Positions 56,562 to 64,000 of a stretch of 64,000 bases of DNA are shown here, one piece after another. The translations under genes were made by a program, and so were the position numbers. This DNA is from an uncultured delta proteobacterium. GTDB lineage: Bacteria > Desulfobacterota > WTBG01 > CAIYCZ01 > CAIRTM01. The DNA lies in contig CAWDSQ010000014.1 of assembly GCA_963804955.1 (NCBI GenBank), positions 128,001-192,000 on the forward strand. Direction: 5' to 3'. Every line of letters begins with the position of its first letter. Within the stretch, counting starts at the first letter, position 1. Under the pieces are notes generated by a model, which did not search any database, had not been told where the DNA came from, and saw only the letters and a list, made by a program, of their open reading frames with translations.

Positions 56562-57608
56562 ATGAGGTGCACATATTGTGCTGTAATCAGTGCGGTTCTG
56601 GTGCTTGGCCTGAGCGCACCGGGCCATGCCCGCGAGCTGCGGGAGCTGTACCGGGCAGCGGCCCCTGCCATCGTGCTCATAAAAACCATGCAGACCGACA
56701 TGGTGCAAACCTCGCGCGCTGAAGATCAGCCCCAGTTTACGACCTCCGGAGGCCTGGGCTCTGGTGCGCTTATTTCGGCAGACGGCAGAGTGCTGACGGC
56801 AGCCCATGTGGTGCAGTCGGCTGATACGGTGGCCGCGGTATTTCAGGACGGCACGCAGGTGCCTGCCCGCGTCATAACATCCGCCCCGTTTGCCGATGTG
56901 GCCATCATACAGCTTGAGACCGTCCCTAAAAACATTGCGCCCCTTAAAATGGGCAATTCCGATGAAATGGAGCCGGGGGATGAGGTATTTGTGATCGGAG
57001 CGCCCTATGGGATCAGCCATACGCTCACGGCCGGGCATATCAGCGCGCGGCACAAGCCCAGGGCCCTACTGGGCAATCTGCAGAGCGTGGAGCTGCTGCA
57101 AACCGATGCTGCAGTAAATGTTGGCAATTCCGGCGCTCCGCTGCTGAACATGAAAGGCGAAATTGTCGGCGTAGTGAGCCACATCGTGAGCCAGTCGGGC
57201 GGCTCGCAGGGGCTGGGTTTTGCCGTTACTGCCTCCGTGGTGCAGCAGGTGCTGCTTGAGCAGAAAGCGCTCTGGACGGGCATTGATTTCTTCCCGCTTG
57301 CCGGCAATCTTGCCCGGGCCTTCAACCTGCCGCAGGACGGGGGCCTTTTGGTGCAGCGCGTGGCGGCTGATTCTCCCGCCGACAAGATGGGCCTCAAGGG
57401 CGGAGCCATACGGGTGCTTGTTGACGACCAGGAATTCCTCGCAGGAGGCGACGTGATTTTGGAAGTGCTGGGCGTTGCCGTGGCAGGGGATGAGGGCGAC
57501 GGGCAGCGCATCATGCCGCTCATGCGCAGGCTGACATCGGGCGATAAGCTTAATATAACCATACTGCGGGACGGGAAAAAGAAAAAGATTTCCTATGTAC
57601 TGCCGTAA
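56562..57608 (+). CDS. HtrA/DegP-like serine protease with a PDZ domain
   Basis: GLGSG, LTAAHVV, DVAII, QTDAAVNVGNSGAPL, PDZ-like DSPADKMGLKGG. Confidence 0.9.
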   Translation: MRCTYCAVISAVLVLGLSAPGHARELRELYRAAAPAIVLIKTMQTDMVQTSRAEDQPQFTTSGGLGSGALISADGRVLTAAHVVQSADTVAAVFQDGTQVPARVITSAPFADVAIIQLETVPKNIAPLKMGNSDEMEPGDEVFVIGAPYGISHTLTAGHISARHKPRALLGNLQSVELLQTDAAVNVGNSGAPLLNMKGEIVGVVSHIVSQSGGSQGLGFAVTASVVQQVLLEQKALWTGIDFFPLAGNLARAFNLPQDGGLLVQRVAADSPADKMGLKGGAIRVLVDDQEFLAGGDVILEVLGVAVAGDEGDGQRIMPLMRRLTSGDKLNITILRDGKKKKISYVLP

Positions 57609-57634
57609 TTAATTTTCGACAGGGAGAAAACAGC

Positions 57635-59262
57635 ATGAAAAACATCATCAAAAAACTTGCGGCCTGCGTGTGCGGATTTCTGGTTTTCTGTATAGCCTCA
57701 AACACCCAAGCAGCCGGAATGGCCGGCACATGGGAAGGCCTGTGCAATAACAGAGAGATAAAGCTGGTTCTTACGCAGACCGACCTGCAGGTTTCAGGAA
57801 CGCTTGAGCTGGGCAGGGAAACATTTACCGTGGAGGGCTCGACGGACAATTCTTCGGACAATGGAACCCTGACCCTTGAGGGCACGGGCGGCAATGGCAT
57901 ATTCCCCCGCTCCTGCACGGCTGATTTTACTAATACCCTCTCCGGGCCATATGACCGGCACCGTAACCGTGCGGACATCGTTCGGACTGAACACTGTTTT
58001 CCGGTGAGGCCAGCCTCCTGAACCCTGACGTGCAGGTCGACTTCACGCTGGTCATCGGTCATGCGCAAGCGCCGAGCAATATCTATCTCTTCTTCACCGT
58101 GCAGGACGGCAACGGCAAGCCTGTAACCGGGCTTGAAAGATGACGATTTCGAAATCTATGAAGACGATATCCCCATTTCCAACTCGAAAGCTCCCAGACC
58201 ATATTCCCCAATCCTTCGATTTATACCATGGCCACGGTGCTGCTGCTTGACATGTCGGGTTCGGTGCTGGAAGCGGACCCACCGGTATTTGCATCGCTCA
58301 AGGACTCGGCAGCGGCATTCCTGGACAATGTCGTCGGCGAGCAGGGACAGGAAGTGGCTATCTACTACTTTGACGGACAGGCGCAGATACACAAGCTTGC
58401 CGAATTCAGTAAAGACATCGACTCGCTCAAAACGACGGTCCAGAGTCTGACGGTCAGCGGCATACAAAACGCGGTAGGCTATGACCCCTCGACCAATCTC
58501 AACGGCGCGGTGCAGCAGGGGCTTGCCGCTCTTGACGCGGCTCGAACTGCTACCGGCGCCGACAAGCTGTTTATCGGCACGCTGGTTACCTTCACCGACG
58601 GCACTGACCAGGCACACCTGGTCACCGATGATGCCGCCGTTGCATCGGTGATGGCGTCAACCCATTATTCTTTCACCATAGGCCTTGGCGGAGAGATAGA
58701 TGAAACTCATCTTAAAAATCTCGGCAAATCAGGCTTTGCCTGGGCACAAGACAGCGATGATCTCAACGGCGCCTTTGCTGAAATCGCCGCCACCATCTAC
58801 AGCCAGAGCGCCAAGCGCTATATTCTGGGCTACTGTACGCCCTCCCGCAAAGGCGACCACAGGGTGACGCTCAAGATCAAAAACCGTCCCGGCGAGCTTA
58901 ATTTTGCCTTCAGCGCCGATGGATTTTCAGGCGGCTGCGATCCCACCGATATTCTGGGGGGCGGCATAATACCGGGCGATGCTGACCGGTGCCTGTTCCA
59001 GGTCGAACCCGGCAGCGTCTTCCGGCCGCTGTTTGCCCGAAGCAAGCGTATACACCTGACCATAACCAGCGACGAGCCGATCCTTTCAAAAAAAAGCACT
59101 GTCGAGATCAGCGGCATGACCGTGCTGTCGACCCGCTATGCCTGGGGCAAACTCCTGGTGACGGCGGTTTTGCCGCCCAAGGCTGCCAAAGACGACTATG
59201 ATATTACGATCACCAACACCGAAGCCAAATTCGTCTGCTTTGACGTGCTGACCGTCAAGTGA
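57635..59262 (+). CDS. Secreted von Willebrand factor A domain protein, frameshifted in the N-terminal third
   Basis: Signal peptide; GL..DDFEIYEDD; LLLDMSGS MIDAS motif, STNL, FTDG, YILGYC. Confidence 0.75.
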
Positions 59263-59275
59263 GCGTCGGGGCGCC

Positions 59276-59977
59276 ATGACCATCCAGGCTTTTCTTGAAC
59301 GCTTTGAAGGAGCGCCGCTTGACGAGCAGGCCCTTTCTGCATACGAAATCTGGGCGCTGCGCCACTTCCACGACCGGGCCGAGGTCGCCGCGCCGAATCT
59401 TGAAGTGACCCTGCAGCTTGACATAACGGCTGCGGACGCCACATTTCGTTCCGCCTGCGCCGATGCCCCCGGCGCAAGCCTCACGGCATATCTGTGCTGG
59501 CGCCTGCTTAAGGCTCTTGAGCTGCACCCCTGCTTCACCTGGCGCAAAATAGGCGGCCGGTGGTATACATTTAAAAATCTGCCCCTCTTTTTCCCGGTGG
59601 CTGTCGGCGGCAGGGAGCGCTACAATGACGTGCTGCTTGAAAACGCCTTTGGCCTTGAGTGGGAGGCATTCTGCGGCCGCTACCATGAGTCGGTTGCAAG
59701 CGCCCTGCAGCTGAGGCTTCCCTTCGATCCGGTCGGCTCAGCAGTCTGGAACTTTGCCATTTTCATCGGCAATCTGCCCACGCTGCAGTTTACCTCGTTC
59801 AGCATTCACACGCAGACGGTCTCGACGGGCAGGCCCGTCTTTTATTTCGGCAAGCGCTACCGCGCGGGCGACGGCCTCTACATACCGCTCTATGTGCAGT
59901 TCGACCATGCCAATACCGACCCCTATGTGCTCAATCTTTTCCTTGAGGATTACCAGCGCCTGCTTGAAAAGATTTAG
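59276..59977 (+). CDS. CatA-like O-acyltransferase
   Basis: IGNLP.LQFTS, PVFYFGKRY...IPLYVQFDHANTD (HxxxD catalytic motif). Confidence 0.7.
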   Translation: MTIQAFLERFEGAPLDEQALSAYEIWALRHFHDRAEVAAPNLEVTLQLDITAADATFRSACADAPGASLTAYLCWRLLKALELHPCFTWRKIGGRWYTFKNLPLFFPVAVGGRERYNDVLLENAFGLEWEAFCGRYHESVASALQLRLPFDPVGSAVWNFAIFIGNLPTLQFTSFSIHTQTVSTGRPVFYFGKRYRAGDGLYIPLYVQFDHANTDPYVLNLFLEDYQRLLEKI

Positions 59978-60025
59978 CATGGCGCTACTATTCCTCTCGA
60001 ACGACGGGTGTAAAGGGAAAAAGGC

Positions 60026-60538
60026 ATGTACGCTGCAATCCATACAACCTTTGATGAAATAAGGCGCCTTTTCTTCCCTCAATGGGACAGGAGCGGCGCA
60101 TGGCGACTTGCGGTGCGTGAGGAGCTGCCCTGTTTTGGCTGCTGCGATTTTGAGAAAAAAACCATAACAATCCGGTCCCTGCCAGCAGGCGACGGCCTCC
60201 GGCTGCTGCTGATTCACGAAATCTGCCACTGCTGCGCAGGAAGAAGTCATGGCAAAAAATGGCAGGGCCGCATGCTCATGGCTGCTGCAGCAGCATCCAC
60301 TGCAGGCATGCATGATCTTGCAGGGATGCTCGCCGACGAAGCAGCGACCACCGGTGCGGCAGGAGCAGCCATACGTGCCGGTGCTGTCTATGCGGCTATC
60401 AGGGACTGCGCTGCCGATTATCCGACTGCGGCATTTGATGAAATAAAGGGGATGGTCTGCCGGCGGCTGGGTCTTTGCACAGAGGAATTTGAAAAGATTT
60501 ACCGCTGCGCGAGGAAGGTCTTTGAGCAAAAATTGTAG
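60026..60538 (+). CDS. SprT-like zinc metalloprotease domain protein
   Basis: FGCC...TI.I, LLIHEICH, HGKKW. Confidence 0.6.
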   Translation: MYAAIHTTFDEIRRLFFPQWDRSGAWRLAVREELPCFGCCDFEKKTITIRSLPAGDGLRLLLIHEICHCCAGRSHGKKWQGRMLMAAAAASTAGMHDLAGMLADEAATTGAAGAAIRAGAVYAAIRDCAADYPTAAFDEIKGMVCRRLGLCTEEFEKIYRCARKVFEQKL

Positions 60539-60569
60539 GGGCAGGTTTGAGCTGACAACCTGCCCCTAC
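60535..60569. repeat. GTAG-family REP palindrome
   Basis: GTAGGGGCAGGTT-9nt-AACCTGCCCCTAC. Confidence 0.7.
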
Positions 60570-60576
60570 GAAAATT

Positions 60577-61140
60577 TTACCCCGCAAGGGACTTGCCAAG
60601 CTCGAAAGCTTCCTTCATAACCGCTTTGTTCTTGAGTATATCTCCGGGCTCAAGGCCCGTGCCGTACACAGAGCCTACAAACGGGGCTTCAAGATACGCA
60701 AAGGCATCCTGAAATGTCCGCAGGGCATTGACAGCGCCGGAGCGGAAGGGATCATTGTCGCCATAGGTCAGAGCCACGGCCATCTTCTTGCCTTTCAAGG
60801 CATAGCCCGATGGGCCGCCAAAGCCGTAGCAGCGATCCATAAAAAGCTTCAGCTGCGCCGACATGGTGAAAAAGTAAATCGGGCTGGCAAAAATGATCCC
60901 GTCGGCCGCCATTACTTTTGCATACAGCTTCTGCATGTCATCCTTGATGATGCAGAACGTGTCGTCGGCTGCGTGGCATTTGTCGCAGGCTGTGCAGGGC
61001 TTGATTTTAATCCGGTGCAGATTCACAAACTCTACCCGCGCGCCTGCAGCCTTTGCGCCGTCGGCTATTTTCTGCGCCAGCAGCGTACTGTTGCCGTTTT
61101 TGCGGGGGCTTGAAATGAGTGCAATGATTGACTTTGCCAT
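60577..61140 (-). CDS. Iron-sulfur flavoprotein / flavodoxin-family FMN reductase
   Basis: SPRKNGNS, CTACDKC...C, ASPIYF, LKLFMDR. Confidence 0.9.
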   Translation of the reverse strand: MAKSIIALISSPRKNGNSTLLAQKIADGAKAAGARVEFVNLHRIKIKPCTACDKCHAADDTFCIIKDDMQKLYAKVMAADGIIFASPIYFFTMSAQLKLFMDRCYGFGGPSGYALKGKKMAVALTYGDNDPFRSGAVNALRTFQDAFAYLEAPFVGSVYGTGLEPGDILKNKAVMKEAFELGKSLAG

Positions 61141-61324
61141 GACTTCCTCCTTTATAAATGGCGCCTGGTGTTGGCTTTCTTTTGCTTTCAGCCGCGGCTT
61201 AATTGCAGACAGGGTCCAGTCTGTTCGCCTGCCGCAGGGAAACATTTCAACTTTCTGTTTTTTCAAGAATCCACCTGTTTCCTTTTCGATCTGCTCAATT
61301 ATTTTTTCAGCACCTAATCAAAAT

Positions 61325-61382
61325 GTGGGTGCGCGCAGCGCACCCTACTGACCCCTGGCTCCTGAATTCTGGCTACTGACTT
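61325..61382. repeat. GTAG/GTGG-type REP followed by five degenerate heptamers
   Basis: GTGGGTGCGC-GCA-GCGCACCCTAC; then CTGACCC CTGGCTC CTGAATT CTGGCTA CTGACTT. Confidence 0.55.
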
Positions 61383-62725
61383 CTCTCCTGTGTTTTTGCA
61401 AGCGCATACTCCGCCGCCTGCCGCATATATACAATAGCCTGCCGTATCCCGGCAAGCTCTTCAAAACCGAAAGAAAGACGCAGCTGCCTCCTGCCGGCCT
61501 CTACCAGATCGCCCTGCGGGTGCACGCAGAACTCTCCGGGCACATAGATGACGCGCGGAGGCTTGCTGTCTGCCTGGCCGTCAATGGCCGGGTCGCCGGT
61601 TGTACGGGCAAGAAATCTGTAAAAAGCTGCGCCCTCGGCTGTTTCGATATCTTTAAATGTTAAATAGAAATAGAACCCTGCCCTGCCCCCGCAGCACTCG
61701 GAAAGATAGGGCCCAAGTTCCTCGTCGATCCAGCCCCGAACAGCCGCCGCCTTTTCCCGGTAGCCCTGCCGGACTTTTTCAACCTGCCTGCCCATATGGT
61801 GGTCCAGCAGACAGCTTGCAACTTCCTGCGAAATAAGCGGCGCGCTGAACCCCACATCGCTGGTCTTCTGCACCATGGCATCCAGAAACGGCCCGGCAGG
61901 CCCGGTCATGTAGCCGATGCGCAACGCAGGGGAGAGAATCTTTGAAAGCGTTCCAACCTCAAAGACCTGCCCCAGCCTGTCAAAAAGCAGCGGCGACTGC
62001 GGGGCCTCAACTGCCGCATCATGCACCAGGTCTTCATAGGCTTTGTCGAATATGAGCGGTATCTTTCTGCCAAGCTCATGAGAAAGCGTTTCCGCCAGGG
62101 CAACGATGGCCCGCCGCCGCTCATTGGCAAGTATGCTGCCCGTGGGGTTATTGACCGTAACGATATAGAAAAAGCTGATCTCGTTTTTACGAGGGCCGAG
62201 AGCATGGAGTTTCTCCTGCAGCAGATCTGGCCGCATGCCGTCATTGTCCTCAGCAACGGCAAGCACGTCAAAGCCCAGCCGCTCAAGGCAGTTGCAGTAA
62301 ATATAATACATGGGGTCTGAGGTGACCACGATGCCCCGCCGCAGCACATGGGCCGCGCCTTCAAGCAGGCTTGTGGCGCCGCTGGGGCCGATGATGATGC
62401 GCAGCCGGTCGAGCACATCAGCCGTCAGCCCGCCGATGCCGTTCTGCAGGTGATACTTTCTGATGGAGGCGATAAGGTTTGCCGACCCTTCCGGCCCGCC
62501 GTAGTTGAACGGCACGCGGTACTTCTCGGGTTGTGCAATGACCTGCTGCACCGCCTCAAGAATGAGGCTGTAGGGTATGGTGTTTTCGTTCACATACCCC
62601 ACGCCGAGATTAATATCGACGCCGTCGCGGAAATCCTCGGCAAAAGAGGCCATCATGCGGTTGACCGGCGATGGCCTGCTTGAGGCAGCGCCGTAGTCGG
62701 AGAGGGAAAAATTTTGAGGTTCCAT
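61373..62725 (-). CDS. PLP-dependent class I/II aminotransferase
   Basis: NNPTG, DKAYEDL, GTLSKILSPALRIG, LRLSFG. Confidence 0.88.
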   Translation of the reverse strand: MEPQNFSLSDYGAASSRPSPVNRMMASFAEDFRDGVDINLGVGYVNENTIPYSLILEAVQQVIAQPEKYRVPFNYGGPEGSANLIASIRKYHLQNGIGGLTADVLDRLRIIIGPSGATSLLEGAAHVLRRGIVVTSDPMYYIYCNCLERLGFDVLAVAEDNDGMRPDLLQEKLHALGPRKNEISFFYIVTVNNPTGSILANERRRAIVALAETLSHELGRKIPLIFDKAYEDLVHDAAVEAPQSPLLFDRLGQVFEVGTLSKILSPALRIGYMTGPAGPFLDAMVQKTSDVGFSAPLISQEVASCLLDHHMGRQVEKVRQGYREKAAAVRGWIDEELGPYLSECCGGRAGFYFYLTFKDIETAEGAAFYRFLARTTGDPAIDGQADSKPPRVIYVPGEFCVHPQGDLVEAGRRQLRLSFGFEELAGIRQAIVYMRQAAEYALAKTQERSQ

Positions 62726-62773
62726 AGTCTATTTATGTTGGGTGAGCTGCGTCTGTTTCGATAAAAAACAGTT

Positions 62774-63560
62774 TCATTTCTGCTCTATGCTGTCAAGCTC
62801 GGCCGTGAAGCTGCCGACAACGACCTCGCTTTTAACCAGCACCGGTATCCTGCGCTTGTCGGCCGTTACCCATATCTGGAGTTTTGCATTCGGGCTTTTT
62901 TCAAATACCCCGCCGATCTGCCCCAGCTCAGGCTCCACAAGCCAGGTGTCAAACTCTTTGCCGCTGACCAGAACCTTCTGTCTGCCGACCACGCGCGCTT
63001 TGCCCATGACGCAGCGCTTGCCGTCTGACACGGGCCGCGCTATCTCCATGTTCTGCTGAAGCTCCTGGGTTCGAAAAAAATAAAAGATGGAAAGTGGGTC
63101 AAACGCGCCGGGCAGCAGGGCAACAGGGGCTCTCTTTTTTCGGTTTTTGCTGTAGGTTACCTTCTGTGCTTTCCAGTCGAACGTGACGGACACATCCTTT
63201 ATTTTCCGCGTTTCTTTCCTCTCCTTATACAGCAGGGCATGCGTCATGTCAGCATCGGCATAGGCGTCCATGCGGTCATACACGGGGTAGATATGTTCAA
63301 CCAGGGGCGATGTTTTTGCCGTCATGACAAAATGCCAGGCCGCCTTGCCGTCAATCTTTTCCATGGGCAGAATTTCAAGCGTTGCTTCCGCTGCCTCGAT
63401 TGTGGTCCAGTACACCGTGTAGTGAAACTTCTCGCCGGGCCGAAATGGCAGGGGCTCGGCAGCCATTGCCGCATGGCACGACATGCTGAGACAGGATAAT
63501 GGAGTATGCTTGAGCACCAGCTTTGTGCGCAACAGCCGGAACATTATTTCGATACCTCAT
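62774..63560 (-). CDS. DUF3108 domain protein (N-terminus probably frameshifted)
   Basis: PFRPGEKFHY.V.W, DPLSIFY, IWVTADKRRIPV. Confidence 0.78.
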
Positions 63561-63565
63561 AAATT

Positions 63566-64000
63566 TTACGTACGGCCGTGTAGGGTGCGTTCCTTTTCTT
63601 TTTGCCGCGGGCGCTTCTCGACCGACCAGCCGAACTTGCCGATCAGCCTGCCCAGGGTAAAATAATTGCCATGCAGGTAGCAGATGGGCCCGGCTTTTGA
63701 AAGCTTAAACGCCCCGGTAGCAGGGTTGATGAGCCCTTCATCGGCGTTGATGGCCACGACCTCGGCAAGAAACATATCATGCGAGCCCAGGGTCCTGATG
63801 TCCACAACCCTGCACTCAATGTTGAGGGGCGACTCTTTGATAAGCGGCGCTTGCACCTTCTGCGCCGGTACCGGGATAAGGCCCATTTCCTTGAACTTGT
63901 CGAAATCGCGGCCCGACTTCACGCCGCACCAGTCGGTGGCGCGGGCAAGCGCCTCGGTGGTGAGGTTGATGACAAACTCACCCGTCTTCCTGATAATATC
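63566..64000 (-). CDS. Flavin reductase-like protein (5' end outside the window)
   Basis: GEFVINL, CGVKSGRDFDKF, APLIKESPLNIEC, GSHDMFLAEV. Confidence 0.88.
   Translation of the reverse strand, partial: DIIRKTGEFVINLTTEALARATDWCGVKSGRDFDKFKEMGLIPVPAQKVQAPLIKESPLNIECRVVDIRTLGSHDMFLAEVVAINADEGLINPATGAFKLSKAGPICYLHGNYFTLGRLIGKFGWSVEKRPRQKEKERTLHGRT

Overview
A 64-kb window that looks deltaproteobacterial (Desulfobacterota-like: sigma54 promoters, CFI-box-CTERM protein, NrdD with a redoxin). Many single-base frameshifts, including in housekeeping genes, most likely reflect uncorrected long-read errors. From left to right it carries: an OmpR/CusRS-type two-component pair; a lipid A/envelope modification operon (ICMT-like, GT2, LAB_N, ArnT-like); a class III ribonucleotide reductase operon (nrdD, redoxin, nrdG) with an NrdR-like box; rnhA, an MFS transporter, mscL and a YihY/BrkB protein; an AT-rich surface-glycosylation island; glgX and acnA; a two-gene biosynthetic unit; a block of secreted beta-propeller proteins; a YCF48-RND-DUF1302-DUF1329 envelope system; and several single enzymes. 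The best candidate for an undescribed system is at 33.5-40.1 kb. There an OzmP/CongE-like PP-loop ATPase is paired with a stand-alone NRPS (formyltransferase, degenerate C, Cys-type A domain, two carrier domains, two SagB-type oxidases) that shows no Cy domain, YcaO or thioesterase, suggesting an unconventional route to a thiazole from N-formyl-cysteine. Other notable signals are a shared sigma54 enhancer linking two operons, a bilin-reductase-like lipoprotein, an IS200/IS605-type miniature element and a candidate anti-SD sRNA. All family calls come from motif recognition by eye; no database searches were run.
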